A stretch of DNA of 64,000 nucleotides from a virus (lineage: Duplodnaviria; Caudoviricetes), in IMG/VR virus record IMGVR_UViG_3300035208_002115, one strand, 5' to 3'. Made by a program: the position numbers and the translations under genes. Shown piece after piece: positions 7,458-18,478 of this stretch (positions are counted from its first letter, which is position 1; the number at the start of each line of letters is the position of its first letter). The notes beneath the pieces were generated by a model. The model was not told the DNA's origin. It worked only from the letters and a program-made list of their open reading frames with translations, and made no database searches.

Positions 7458-10073
7458 ATGGCTACACCATTGTATAAGAGCATGAAAAATAAGGGTATAA
7501 GTTTTATGGCTTTCCCTTCGGCTTCTGAAGATATAAATATATCCTTTCAAAATGCTGATTATAAGGTAGATTTTACAAAGTTTGTATTATTAAACTTACC
7601 AAAACAAGATTTAATTAATAATGTTTTAGATTTTAGAGAATCTTTCTATACAGTTGACCCTAATACACCGTCAAAATTTTCTGACCAGTTGATAGAATCA
7701 TTAAGAAATTATGTAGCCAATCATGATGTTAATATCAGACAAGCAAAGATAAACTCAAATACTGACTTTTATAATGTTGGTGAACCAAGGACTGTCGTAG
7801 AAAAAATATTTTGGAAGTGGTTAAGGAAAACTGGTGTTATTGATTTAGAACCAGCTTTACACAAAACAGATTGGGATAAAAATCTGACCGATTATAAAAA
7901 TGCGAACGAAGATACTGTATCAAATAGTGATTATTTTAGAAAATATTTATGGAAAGAAAGAGATGTTGTTCCTTATTCAGTTCCATTTATTGAATATATT
8001 GGTTCTGGTCAATTTCAGATAATTGTAAATGAACAATGTAAATTTAGAACAGGTGATATGGTGGTGTTTTCTGGTGATACTGGTGGACAAGTCTCTACGG
8101 GTATTACATATGAAATAATTTCTTTAACAGTTGGGACTGGAAATACAACATTAATAATGGAAGAACCATCTATTACAACAAGTTATACACCATCTAATTT
8201 AGTATTATACTTAAATTATAATAAAGTTATTCAATATATTGGTGAAATAAATGCAATGTCTAAAGTACAAAATTCAAAAAGTAATTTCACTGAAATAACA
8301 GCGTTCATACCCCATCAAGCTGGACAAACACCAACTATTTTATTTGATATCGATAGTGATAATAATTACAGACCAACGATGGAATATCCAATTTTACCGA
8401 GTGATATACAAAGTGAGATTTTAGGTGCAGAAAATTTAAATTCACCCATCAGAACAAACCCAGGGAATTATGCTGGTTCTTTCTATGGACAATTCGATAC
8501 AACAGATAAAAATTATGTTACAAGTAATGGTGATGTTTTAAGATTATCTGGTGATTATTATGGTGTAAAACTGACAAATAATGTCGGGTTAGATGCTGAA
8601 GAATATTTTGAAAAGTTAGATGATTTCGATTCTACTAATATAGATGGTTTAGTTTTAGATTTTACAACAAATCATTATTTGAAAATGAATCTACCAGATT
8701 ATATTTCGAAAAACTTTGATGAATTTAATGCTATGCCATTAAATGGTGAAGCACCAAACGATTTTATGTTTAATGCTATATTGTGGTATTATACGGTTGA
8801 CGATGGTGCTGGTAATATAACTTCTAATCTTTATGGTATATCATTTTTAAATAACCCAGAAAATGATGATGATGACAGTGACGTAGAAAACACATTAATT
8901 ACACCATATAAAAAATATGTTTCTAATGGTGAACAAGATGGTTTATCTTATAATTTTGATTTAAACCTAACATTTGAAGTTGATAATGATATGGTGTCAC
9001 CAAATTTCGACCCAACCGCAATTCATAATTTGTTTGGATTTGAGTTATATAATAATGTAATAAGCACTCTTGGTAAACTTCAAGAGAATTTTATAAATAT
9101 ATCGAATCAATTTGTTAGAATAAATAGTGAATTAAATGATATAAGAAGTTTGGTTTATTCTCAAACTGATTTGGATTATATTAAATTACGTTTAGCTAAT
9201 CTGGAAGAATTATTACAATTGTATCAGACAAATCAACTTGTAAATTCAGAAACTGCGGAAATAGAAGTGGATTATACTGGTATCTACCCAGCAGTGAGTG
9301 TTAATGTTATTGATTTAGAATTTAAAGATATTGAAACCGTTTCAACTTCAACCATTTATCTTTATAATGTGACTAATAGTGCTACCACCGCTAATAGTTA
9401 TAATATAATTGTACCGACTCACAATAAAAAATTATTATACATAATAAATGATGATTTAAACGGTGTTGATTTACCGTTAAAAGTGGTATTGAATAACGAT
9501 TTAAAATATAAACAGGTATTAGATATTTTAATTACGCCTAAAAAGGCTTTATATAGTAAGAAACTTACCGTTTCGATGAATTATGACAACGGGGTTGATG
9601 GTATTATTGAAACAGACTTGATAACAGATATCGATATGCCAATTGATTTGAAAACATATAATCAGACAAATTCAGCCGTTACATATAATAGAACGTATTA
9701 TTCAACCGCTTCTGTTCACCAATATGCTGAATTAGTATTACCAACTGGTGTTACATATGACCAAACTGTTTTATATACAGCATCGAGTAATTTTTATGAA
9801 GTAGGTGAATATGTGTATATAAGTAACTTTTTCTTTTATAGTGGAACGAGTATAATGGATTATAGTGGTTTATACCAAGTTATTGATTCTAAACAACCTT
9901 ATATTATTATAAATTTAAATACTAATGGCATCACATTAACTGGTATACCAAGAATAAGTTTATATAAAGGTTTTAAAATTTCAATATTAAGAATAACTGA
10001 TATTGATGCTATTACTGGTGTTGACACATCGTCAATATTAGATAGATATCTAATTGAAAAAGAAATAATTTAA
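7458..10073 (+). CDS. Large virion structural protein (probably baseplate/tail associated)
   Basis: 871 aa, acidic and beta-rich, upstream of the gp6-like gene, preceded by TTATATATA. Confidence 0.6.
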   Translation: MATPLYKSMKNKGISFMAFPSASEDINISFQNADYKVDFTKFVLLNLPKQDLINNVLDFRESFYTVDPNTPSKFSDQLIESLRNYVANHDVNIRQAKINSNTDFYNVGEPRTVVEKIFWKWLRKTGVIDLEPALHKTDWDKNLTDYKNANEDTVSNSDYFRKYLWKERDVVPYSVPFIEYIGSGQFQIIVNEQCKFRTGDMVVFSGDTGGQVSTGITYEIISLTVGTGNTTLIMEEPSITTSYTPSNLVLYLNYNKVIQYIGEINAMSKVQNSKSNFTEITAFIPHQAGQTPTILFDIDSDNNYRPTMEYPILPSDIQSEILGAENLNSPIRTNPGNYAGSFYGQFDTTDKNYVTSNGDVLRLSGDYYGVKLTNNVGLDAEEYFEKLDDFDSTNIDGLVLDFTTNHYLKMNLPDYISKNFDEFNAMPLNGEAPNDFMFNAILWYYTVDDGAGNITSNLYGISFLNNPENDDDDSDVENTLITPYKKYVSNGEQDGLSYNFDLNLTFEVDNDMVSPNFDPTAIHNLFGFELYNNVISTLGKLQENFINISNQFVRINSELNDIRSLVYSQTDLDYIKLRLANLEELLQLYQTNQLVNSETAEIEVDYTGIYPAVSVNVIDLEFKDIETVSTSTIYLYNVTNSATTANSYNIIVPTHNKKLLYIINDDLNGVDLPLKVVLNNDLKYKQVLDILITPKKALYSKKLTVSMNYDNGVDGIIETDLITDIDMPIDLKTYNQTNSAVTYNRTYYSTASVHQYAELVLPTGVTYDQTVLYTASSNFYEVGEYVYISNFFFYSGTSIMDYSGLYQVIDSKQPYIIINLNTNGITLTGIPRISLYKGFKISILRITDIDAITGVDTSSILDRYLIEKEII

Positions 10074-10074
10074 A

Positions 10075-10734
10075 ATGAATATATCTTTAGAGAACATACA
10101 AAAAATTATAAAAGAATTGTTCGATGAATCTAAAGTAACGTCAGTCGAAACAGTGTATGAGAAAACTGATGATGGAAAAGGTTTTAAAGTTGTCATATTT
10201 ATTCATAATTTATTTTATAATAAATCAAATATAATTTATAGTAAATTATTATTTGTTGTTGATGACCAGAAAGTGAATTTATTGAATAATCATTTTACAT
10301 ATTTATATGATATAAATTGTGATTACAGGCGAGTCAATTTTAAGGATTTAGATGAATTGGAATCTAAATTAAAAAAAGTTTTTTTAACCAGATTGTTCGG
10401 AAACGATTTAAAATTATTATCGGATATTATGACTGCGCCGGGCACGTTGATTGATAAGTGGTTTAAAGATAATGAATTGAGTGAGTATAATGTATATAGT
10501 TTCAAATATGAACCAAAAATAAAAGTAATGCCTTGTGAAAACCTTTTTTTCACCTTTGTTTTAAATCTCAATAATAAGGATATTATTGAAATTTTACTTA
10601 TTAAAATAAGCAAAACAGAATATAGTTTGAAATTTAAGTGTAATGATATTATAAAGGATTCAACTATACAAAATTTAAACGATTTCGTAAATGAAACCGG
10701 GATTTATATTAAAGAAAATATAAAAAATAATTAA
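10075..10734 (+). CDS. Hypothetical protein
   Basis: In the structural operon. Confidence 0.75.
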   Translation: MNISLENIQKIIKELFDESKVTSVETVYEKTDDGKGFKVVIFIHNLFYNKSNIIYSKLLFVVDDQKVNLLNNHFTYLYDINCDYRRVNFKDLDELESKLKKVFLTRLFGNDLKLLSDIMTAPGTLIDKWFKDNELSEYNVYSFKYEPKIKVMPCENLFFTFVLNLNNKDIIEILLIKISKTEYSLKFKCNDIIKDSTIQNLNDFVNETGIYIKENIKNN

Positions 10735-10741
10735 TAAATGA

Positions 10742-12604
10742 ATGGCCTTTTTCAATTTTATAGAATTAGAAGCACAAAAGCTTTCTGACCAGATTAGAAA
10801 CTGGTTACGTGGTGTATATAATAAAAGCGATTTAAATTTTACAAATGCTTCACCACATGGTCAAATTGTCAATGTTCAGGAAGAATTTTTTCAACATACC
10901 ATGTTACATTTGAAAAACTCTGTCAATCAAATAGATATTGAGAACACATTCAATGAAAAGGCTATTAGAAGTATAGCAAGAATAAGTGGTCATAATGCAA
11001 GTAGGGCGGTTTCAGCAACAGGTGTTTTAAAACTGAGAATAAAATCTGGAGTTAATTTATTAGAGGATGTTGGGACTACCAGCATTGTGATACCAAACGA
11101 AACCGTTATTAAAAATAATACAAATGGTTTAAATTATACAATATTGTCTAATGATGAATTTAGTTCTTACAATTTTGGTAGTTCAAAAGAAATTTATTTA
11201 AATCTAATTCAGGGAAAATACGAAGTTAAACGATTTACTGGTAATGGTTTACCACACCAGTCTTTTAGTATTGAAGTATCAAATCTTAAAAAAATTGATA
11301 ATTTTGAAGTGTATGTGACATATAATGATTATCAAGTTACATTAAAAGATGATTTATATGATTTACTTCCAACTGCATATGAGTGTTTTGTTAAAACTGG
11401 AATGAATGGTGGTGTTGACGTATATTTTGGTACAAATGATTTTGGATTCATACCATCCCAAGGTTCTCGAATAGAAATTAAATTTTTATTAACTGATGGT
11501 ACAGATGGTAACATAACAAATTTAACATTAAACGATTTTAAATTCGTAGATGAGGTTTCATCATCTGTTGGTGATGTTATATCAGTAGAAGATTATTTCG
11601 ATATTACAATAGACAGAGAAATAAGTTTTTCATCTAATGGTGAAAGTACGTTATTTACCAAAAATATATTACCATATGTTTCAAGAAATTTTGTGTTAGC
11701 TACGCCAAATCAGTTTATATATCATTTAAAACGTTTGAATATGTTTTCAAAGGTAAATGCTTATAATTTATTAAATGATTATGATGAATTTAATAAAAAT
11801 AAAATTATAAATGAATTAAAAAATGATATCAATGATAATATTATAAATAATGTTAAAAGAGCAGATATTTTAAATAAAATAACATATCTTGAAAATCTAA
11901 ATATATCGAATGATGATAAAATGTTTTTATATTTAGTCCCAGATATTACCCGTTTCTTTACGAGTGATGTTAATTATTTCAATGCACCTTTAAGTATATT
12001 TTATTTGGATAATGATGAACAGAATAAAGTTATGAAGTATCTTAAAAAAATGGGTATATTAATGTTGACAAGTGATGTTGAAATAATACAACCAACAATA
12101 ACAAGATATATAGCAAACATTTTTGTCAGAAGATACAGTGATACTGTTGAAGAAAATGTGAGAGAAGAAATAATTGAGAAAATGTCCAATTATTTTATTA
12201 ATAATCAAAGGTTCGACAGAGTTATTAAAGCCGACATTATTAAAACTTTAAAATTTTCTAATAATATAGATTCTATTGATATTTATTTTATTTCTGAAAA
12301 AAATGAAAGTTATCATAAAGACGGACAAAAGACTTATAATACAGCTCCCAAAGAATTAGAAAAAGCTTCTTTCACTAAAAATAATGTCATGTATCAATTA
12401 AAAAAATATGATAAAAAAATAGTATTGGGATTAGATTCTTCTATGGGTGATATTGTAATAGGGAAGGATGAACTTCCAATTATAAGAGGTGGTTGGATAG
12501 ATAGAAATGGTCTATATTATAATGAAACCCCTATGGAGAACGGACTTGGGCCAGTTAATATTATTTTTAAGGGAGTTAGTGAAAGAAAAACTAACAACAA
12601 TTAA
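10742..12604 (+). CDS. Baseplate wedge protein (T4 gp6/baseplate J-like)
   Basis: SIARISGHNASRAVSATG, VYFGTNDFGFIP, FLLTDGTDGN, GES pattern. Confidence 0.8.
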   Translation: MAFFNFIELEAQKLSDQIRNWLRGVYNKSDLNFTNASPHGQIVNVQEEFFQHTMLHLKNSVNQIDIENTFNEKAIRSIARISGHNASRAVSATGVLKLRIKSGVNLLEDVGTTSIVIPNETVIKNNTNGLNYTILSNDEFSSYNFGSSKEIYLNLIQGKYEVKRFTGNGLPHQSFSIEVSNLKKIDNFEVYVTYNDYQVTLKDDLYDLLPTAYECFVKTGMNGGVDVYFGTNDFGFIPSQGSRIEIKFLLTDGTDGNITNLTLNDFKFVDEVSSSVGDVISVEDYFDITIDREISFSSNGESTLFTKNILPYVSRNFVLATPNQFIYHLKRLNMFSKVNAYNLLNDYDEFNKNKIINELKNDINDNIINNVKRADILNKITYLENLNISNDDKMFLYLVPDITRFFTSDVNYFNAPLSIFYLDNDEQNKVMKYLKKMGILMLTSDVEIIQPTITRYIANIFVRRYSDTVEENVREEIIEKMSNYFINNQRFDRVIKADIIKTLKFSNNIDSIDIYFISEKNESYHKDGQKTYNTAPKELEKASFTKNNVMYQLKKYDKKIVLGLDSSMGDIVIGKDELPIIRGGWIDRNGLYYNETPMENGLGPVNIIFKGVSERKTNNN

Positions 12605-12606
12605 TC

Positions 12607-13188
12607 ATGATTAAATTATATTTTGATTTTTTAAATGAGAGAATCAATACTAATCTAATTGTAACACCTATTTATCATTTCACCAGTATTTATAATTTAT
12701 ATAAAATACTTCGTTCTTATAAACCAAATGAAGGGATATTTCTTCATAATACATATTCTAATTACATGTCTTTTAGTCGTAATTTTGATATGAAATCTAA
12801 AGAATTACGTGTAGATAAAAGAAGTTGTAGAATCGCTGTTGATTATAATAAATTAAAAAACAATTATAAAATAAAACCATATTCTGACCAAATATATAAA
12901 GATGAAACAGAACGGGAAGAAAGAGTTTTTACACAAAAATATAATCTGGATGGTATAAATATTGTGTCCTCATTAATTGATATTGAAATATTAAAAGATG
13001 CCCCATATGAAGAAGAATTAAATGATAGGAAGTATGGTATTATAAACACTCATCACCCAGATGAAAATATATATTTAAATGATAAGAATGCAATAGATAA
13101 AATTTATAATGAATATAAAAATAAAATATATAATTTAAAAACACATTTACCTATAAAATTTGTAGATAATTTTAAACCAGTACTATGA
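12607..13188 (+). CDS. Putative ADP-ribosyltransferase-fold protein with CTS-like N-terminus
   Basis: IYHFTS...MSFSRN...EREERV; paralog of 27716..28624. Confidence 0.5.
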   Translation: MIKLYFDFLNERINTNLIVTPIYHFTSIYNLYKILRSYKPNEGIFLHNTYSNYMSFSRNFDMKSKELRVDKRSCRIAVDYNKLKNNYKIKPYSDQIYKDETEREERVFTQKYNLDGINIVSSLIDIEILKDAPYEEELNDRKYGIINTHHPDENIYLNDKNAIDKIYNEYKNKIYNLKTHLPIKFVDNFKPVL

Positions 13189-13931
13189 AAACATTTGAAG
13201 AATATCATACTAATTATAACTTATTCACATTCAAACCTTATGATTCTTATGAGATAGAAACCCCAACTAATAAAATTTTATATTATAGGGTGTATGATAA
13301 GATAAAAGAGATATCTGGGCTGTATCCATATATAATAAAACATTTAGATGAAATAAGGGAATTTATTAAGCTGGACGTAATAATACAACAACCTGAAAAT
13401 GAAAAGTTATTATTTGATAAATTAATCAGAATTGGTAATGCATTTAATGTTGATTTTGATATGAATCTTTCTTCTATATCAGAATTAGAAGCTGATAAGA
13501 TATTAGATAAAAGATTGCCCAATTTATATGAACCTATATTTAAAAAACCTATTAGTTTTGACTTTGATGGTGTATTACATAAATCAATAATACGGGGTAC
13601 TATACACCCAAAAAATTATAATGATTATGATAATTTCGAACCTAATCTGGAGATGATTAACAAAATAAACGAATTATCAAAAAACCATTCTATTGTTATC
13701 ATAACATCACGACAAAATTATGAAATAAGTAGTATTTGGAGATTTTTACACCAAAACAATGTGAAAATTCAAGAGGTGTTCACAACCGATGGAGATAGAG
13801 TTAAAAAATCATATATCTTAAAAACTATAAAAGCTCTGCAACACTATGATGATAACATCCAGATAAAGAATGATGTTGAACAGGCTGGTGTTGTTTTTCA
13901 ATTTGTCAACACAAACATATATTTTAAGTAA
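13185..13931 (+). CDS. HAD-superfamily phosphatase domain protein with CTS-like N-terminus
   Basis: ISFDFDGVLH (DxDG), IITSR, K, HYDD. Confidence 0.8.
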   Translation: MKTFEEYHTNYNLFTFKPYDSYEIETPTNKILYYRVYDKIKEISGLYPYIIKHLDEIREFIKLDVIIQQPENEKLLFDKLIRIGNAFNVDFDMNLSSISELEADKILDKRLPNLYEPIFKKPISFDFDGVLHKSIIRGTIHPKNYNDYDNFEPNLEMINKINELSKNHSIVIITSRQNYEISSIWRFLHQNNVKIQEVFTTDGDRVKKSYILKTIKALQHYDDNIQIKNDVEQAGVVFQFVNTNIYFK

Positions 13932-13939
13932 CAATTATC

Positions 13940-13967
13940 AAACAAATAATAGTTTATTTATTATAAG
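13940..13967 (+). promoter_or_regulatory. Putative phage 'middle' promoter AAAC-N18-TATAAG
   Basis: Same spacing recurs at 17398, 20895 and 48372. Confidence 0.55.
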
Positions 13968-13987
13968 TATAAAAAGATAAATTATTA

Positions 13988-14899
13988 ATGGGTATTATTG
14001 ATTATAATGATAAAAAGTTAAAAGATATATATGTTTTTTTAAAAGACCCGAACATAATGTTCTTCAACGATGGGTATAAAATTCTACATGCAACAAGATA
14101 TAACTTCAGGAGAATATTCAAAACGAAAGATATTTTTACTTATATAAATTATTTCACTTTAAATCGATATTTACTATTAAAGAGTTTACTGGGTTATAAA
14201 GGTTCGAATGACCGTTTGAAAAGTATTGTTAAAATGCTTGTTAATGATAATTCTAATAAAAGACTAAAAATTCTTGATAGTATATTAAGTGATAAATATC
14301 TTTTTAAGATAATATGTAAATATTATCCGAATAAAATTATTTATAATAATGAAGAACGCAATATTGATTATTTAAATCATATATATGTTCATGCTGATAA
14401 AATATATTCAGAGGGTAATTTCATTAAATTATTAGACCGTGCTGAAAGTACTACACTTGTTCCAAATGATGATAATTCTATCTGTAAATTACTAAATGCT
14501 GGTTTAGTGAAAGGTATGATTTGTAAAGATTCTACTTTAAATCATAAAAAATTCGGTGTTGATTTAATAATGATAAATGAAAAAAATAAAAGTGAATTTG
14601 GTCTTAAAACAATAATATTAAATGTAAAAAGCGAATGGAACATATTACATTTGAATGTTGTAAAAATAATTTTTTTAGATGTAGAATCGGATATATTTAA
14701 CTTTAAAAAAGATACAAATACTATGAAATATCAATTTATAGTATTTTTATGTGACGACTGTTTGGGGTTTATAAGTACAGCAGAAATACAGCTTATAGAA
14801 AATAAAAAAACAGATAAGATTGTTAAATTAGAATTCAGTAAAAACGTAACTAAAGCAACATTAAACTCTTACTTAAAAAAATACCCTTTAAAAAAATAA
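13988..14899 (+). CDS. Hypothetical protein (possible PD-(D/E)xK-like C-terminal region)
   Basis: 303-aa ORF; FGVDLIM...NVKS weak nuclease-like pattern. Confidence 0.6.
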   Translation: MGIIDYNDKKLKDIYVFLKDPNIMFFNDGYKILHATRYNFRRIFKTKDIFTYINYFTLNRYLLLKSLLGYKGSNDRLKSIVKMLVNDNSNKRLKILDSILSDKYLFKIICKYYPNKIIYNNEERNIDYLNHIYVHADKIYSEGNFIKLLDRAESTTLVPNDDNSICKLLNAGLVKGMICKDSTLNHKKFGVDLIMINEKNKSEFGLKTIILNVKSEWNILHLNVVKIIFLDVESDIFNFKKDTNTMKYQFIVFLCDDCLGFISTAEIQLIENKKTDKIVKLEFSKNVTKATLNSYLKKYPLKK

Positions 14900-14932
14900 A
14901 TATATAGTAATATAAAAAAATAAATCCAATCA

Positions 14933-15481
14933 ATGAAAAAAATTTGTTTTTTACTATTACTATTTTTTATCAGTAGTAATACTTTTTCTCAATTATTATT
15001 AGATACTTTACCACCTGATTCTTTGGGTGTTATCATTATTGACAAAGAACGAGTTAAAAAATCAGAATTAGACCTTAATTTGTATGTTTATTATTATGCC
15101 GAAGCTAATCAGAATTATTATGCTGGTAATTATAAAAAAGCCTACAAGATGTATTCTAAACTATTTGATTATGACCCATACAATTATAATTTCAATTATA
15201 GGATGGGTTTAACCCTTTATAAAAGGAGTTTATATAGCTCATCATTATATTATTTTTTATATGCTGCTGAATGTATAAATTCTAACTACTTGAATTCGGT
15301 TTATGAACAAGAAACACCGCCTATTGTTTTTATGTATTTAGGTGATATATATTGTGATATAAATGCTAAATATCCAATGGAATTCTTTTATAATAAATAT
15401 TTAGAATATGTAAATGATGATAGTACGAAAATTGATATTGAATCGAAAATTAAAGAATGTAGTAGACCCAACTGGCGTTAA
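14933..15481 (+). CDS. Secreted TPR-containing protein
   Basis: Signal peptide MKKICFLLLL...FSQ; TPR-like helices AY.MY.KL...DP.N...NYRMG. Confidence 0.7.
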   Translation: MKKICFLLLLFFISSNTFSQLLLDTLPPDSLGVIIIDKERVKKSELDLNLYVYYYAEANQNYYAGNYKKAYKMYSKLFDYDPYNYNFNYRMGLTLYKRSLYSSSLYYFLYAAECINSNYLNSVYEQETPPIVFMYLGDIYCDINAKYPMEFFYNKYLEYVNDDSTKIDIESKIKECSRPNWR

Positions 15482-16257
15482 AAAATCGAAGAAACTATAA
15501 AATATTTATTTGTATCTATTAATTTAGAATGAGTTTTTCTGATTCCCTGTTTTATTGTAACCTTTGGCATCCAGTCAAGTTTTTTGACCGTTCTGTTATA
15601 TTTTGAATTCCTATACTGGTATTTATTTTCATCCCAGAAAATTAATTCCCCAGTATAATTTAAACATTCTTTTATTAAATCCGCTAAACACTTCAGGTTT
15701 AAATTAGAACCAGTTCTTAAATCTACTATTTGATTCGTATTAAAATTGTCTATAATATTAATGGTGGCGTTTGCTAAATCGTCACCATGTATGAAGTTTC
15801 TTTTACGATTATTTTCTATTTGTAAATAAATTATTGGATTATTATAAATATTAGATTCATGAATTTGTCTTAATATGGTGGCAAATATACTACATGTTTC
15901 AAAATTATAATCATCATTATCACCATATACTTCATCTATCAATATAGTAATCAAAGACTGTTGTTGTAATTTAGTGTAATTATCGTAATCATTTATATTT
16001 AAATAATTTATTATTTTTTTACATTTAATATTTATAAGGAGATTTATTATTTTTTGTTCATACTCTTTATCAAATGTAGTAATAAAACAATAATCTGGTT
16101 TTGTTGCAAATATAAATTCCTTCAATTCATTATCATTCTTATAATTTAAATCAGATGAATCGATGACATTAAATTTATTAAATACAAGCTTATGATAAAT
16201 TGATGAACCAATAACATCCTCTTGATTAAGAATGAGAATTCTATTATTCTTATTCAT
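15478..16257 (-). CDS. Degenerate GDP-L-fucose synthase (Fcl/WcaG)-like SDR
   Basis: VYGDNDDY, RNFIHGDDLANA, LADLIK...YTGEL, W.PKVTIKQGI; Gly-rich NAD motif and YxxxK not recognisable. Confidence 0.75.
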   Translation of the reverse strand: MNKNNRILILNQEDVIGSSIYHKLVFNKFNVIDSSDLNYKNDNELKEFIFATKPDYCFITTFDKEYEQKIINLLINIKCKKIINYLNINDYDNYTKLQQQSLITILIDEVYGDNDDYNFETCSIFATILRQIHESNIYNNPIIYLQIENNRKRNFIHGDDLANATINIIDNFNTNQIVDLRTGSNLNLKCLADLIKECLNYTGELIFWDENKYQYRNSKYNRTVKKLDWMPKVTIKQGIRKTHSKLIDTNKYFIVSSIF

Positions 16258-16326
16258 TAAAACTAAAAATTTTTTGTGTACTTATAATTTAGTAGAAATA
16301 TATGAGTTTCCCCACAATAGTATATA

Positions 16327-16596
16327 TTAAATAATATTGTTCTCTTTTAAGAAATCTTTGTGAGCTTCGATTATAGAATCTATTGTTGAAAAATCATGTT
16401 CTTCAAAATTTGGGTGTCTAAAAAAATCAATTTGTTCTAATATTATTTTTAAACGAGATACACAATCTAATATATCAAAACTTATATAATCATAGTATGC
16501 TGGCATACTTTTTAATTCTTGAATGTTTTTAATATTACTTTCTAATTCAGATTCCCAAAATACAACTAAAGAAGAAAAGGTATTATCTTGTTTCAT
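16327..16596 (-). CDS. Hypothetical protein
   Basis: ORF in co-oriented cluster. Confidence 0.65.
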   Translation of the reverse strand: MKQDNTFSSLVVFWESELESNIKNIQELKSMPAYYDYISFDILDCVSRLKIILEQIDFFRHPNFEEHDFSTIDSIIEAHKDFLKENNII

Positions 16597-17002
16597 ACTT
16601 TTTTAATTTTTTAATTTCTTCCTTCATATCTTCTTCGTAGAATTCCATGATAAATTCTAAATATCTTGGGTTAATGGCTGGGTTGTATTTTATAAACAAA
16701 TCTATATCGCCTTTTGGAAATTTTTTACTCTCTTTCTTTTCAACTTTAGTCCAATACCACCAAGGGGTATCAAATGTTTTCTTAAATATTTTAAACCAAA
16801 TATCTAAGGCAGAGGCTCTATTTCCAAGTTTAGTGTTGAAAAAATTAGCTTCCGTTGGAAATTTAGCTGCAAATTTCCTATTTATAATAAAAAAAGTATT
16901 TTCTTTATCTATATCACTCAGACCAAGATATTTGTCTTTTTCTCTGAATATATAATTTACTACTTTTATAAAATCTATTTTTTCCTCTACCATATTAAAC
17001 AA
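16583..17002 (-). CDS. Possible clamp-loader small subunit (T4 gp62-like)
   Basis: Size and FFIINRKF...AN..N...W..K..KK pattern. Confidence 0.4.
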   Translation of the reverse strand: MFNMVEEKIDFIKVVNYIFREKDKYLGLSDIDKENTFFIINRKFAAKFPTEANFFNTKLGNRASALDIWFKIFKKTFDTPWWYWTKVEKKESKKFPKGDIDLFIKYNPAINPRYLEFIMEFYEEDMKEEIKKLKKYETR

Positions 17003-17381
17003 AATTTAAAAAACAATTATAAGTACATTCAAATGATTCTTGAACTTTTATCATCACTTCGTTTGGTGTTTTACCATAAATGTATGATTCATTGAAACCG
17101 ATATTAGCATCTCTTATGTATGGGAAATGAGCGCAAAAGTTATCCACAATTGAAGGTACGGTTGAACCAGCGCACCCTTTTTGTTGAATAACAACCATTG
17201 GTATGAGTATTTTTTTACCAAACATTTCATAATCAGGCATGGCTTTAGTTTTCATTTTAACATACCCCTTTATTACCCATCGATTGTGTTCATCAGGCTT
17301 TATATTAATAATATCATCTGGCGTTACTATATTACATTTTTCTAAATAGTGATATCTCCATATTATTTTAGGGGGTGTCAT
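16995..17381 (-). CDS. Hypothetical protein
   Basis: ORF track. Confidence 0.7.
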   Translation of the reverse strand: MTPPKIIWRYHYLEKCNIVTPDDIINIKPDEHNRWVIKGYVKMKTKAMPDYEMFGKKILIPMVVIQQKGCAGSTVPSIVDNFCAHFPYIRDANIGFNESYIYGKTPNEVMIKVQESFECTYNCFLNFV

Positions 17382-17397
17382 AATACGATGTTTTAAT

Positions 17398-17425
17398 GTT
17401 ATATTCTAAAAAACTGTTTTTGTTT
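17398..17425 (-). promoter_or_regulatory. Putative 'middle' promoter AAAC-N18-TATAAC
   Basis: Recurring spaced motif upstream of 17381. Confidence 0.5.
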
Positions 17426-18351
17426 TAGAAATTATATAAATCGTCTAAAGATTCGATGGGAGTAAAACTGTTTAAATCCATAAGTTTACCAGTGTATAAA
17501 TAATAAATAAAAGCAGTTATTATTTTATTTTGAGAATATTGTTCTATCAAACTTTTTATAGTAAAATATTCACCATATTTTTCTGAGTAATCGGTTTCAA
17601 ATTGTAATAAATATTCGTTGAATAACGTTAAAGAATTATGTTGAATATCTTCATTATCCAGTTTATATTTTGGTATATCTTCGGCCTTTTGTTTGTGAGT
17701 TTTAGATTTTGTAGCCAAATCAACATTCTGGTATAATACTTGCTTTATCTCATCGGGTGTCAAATCTTTTCTCACTTTGGCTAAATTATCAATAATGGTT
17801 TTTTCTATTCTTTGGGCGAATTGAGAATGTGAATTTTTTAGAACTTTAGTAAAATAATCAATTAAATTCTTTCTAAAATTATTATTAAAATCATCAAATT
17901 CTTTCTGAGCTTTTTCTATACCTCTAACATCGCTTTTAACAACAGAAAAATTATCATATTTTAATTTATAATTTTTATATTTAGGTTCACTTTCTATATC
18001 AATTAATAATTGAGTTAGTGTGATACCTTCCCTGTCATCTTTTTCCCAATGGTCTCCCCATTCTCCAGTGAATTTAATATATCTGTCTATGATATAAAAT
18101 TTTCTTTTATTTTCAATCACTGAACAATATACTTTTATTGAATCATCGCCAATCTGTACAAAAAAAATATTTTTATTTTTAATTAATTCAGCCTTAATAT
18201 CCTTTTTTGATGTATATTCTATCCATTCTACATTTGGTTGTAGTGCATAATCTCTCTGAATATTTTGCATTACCTCTTTGGGAACACCCAGAGCAGTTAA
18301 TGAGCTTTTTTCTAATATCTTGGTTATAAAAAGATTATATGATGGTATCAT
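17425..18351 (-). CDS. Hypothetical protein with CTS-like N-terminus
   Basis: MIPSYNLFITKILE; TTATATATA upstream. Confidence 0.7.
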   Translation of the reverse strand: MIPSYNLFITKILEKSSLTALGVPKEVMQNIQRDYALQPNVEWIEYTSKKDIKAELIKNKNIFFVQIGDDSIKVYCSVIENKRKFYIIDRYIKFTGEWGDHWEKDDREGITLTQLLIDIESEPKYKNYKLKYDNFSVVKSDVRGIEKAQKEFDDFNNNFRKNLIDYFTKVLKNSHSQFAQRIEKTIIDNLAKVRKDLTPDEIKQVLYQNVDLATKSKTHKQKAEDIPKYKLDNEDIQHNSLTLFNEYLLQFETDYSEKYGEYFTIKSLIEQYSQNKIITAFIYYLYTGKLMDLNSFTPIESLDDLYNF

Positions 18352-18478
18352 GAAAATATTAATTGATATTTTTATTTTGTAATATATATAAAATTTTTAA
18401 ATATTAAAATGTAAGTCTGCGATTTTTTTTCCTCGATATGTGATTGTATATTTGTTTAATAAATTAAAATATACGGAT

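Noticed and set aside
13988-14899. NKRLKILDSIL as another RxxK[LI]xxI[FL] tag
   Set aside because: Register does not match (no Lys at +3) and it is internal
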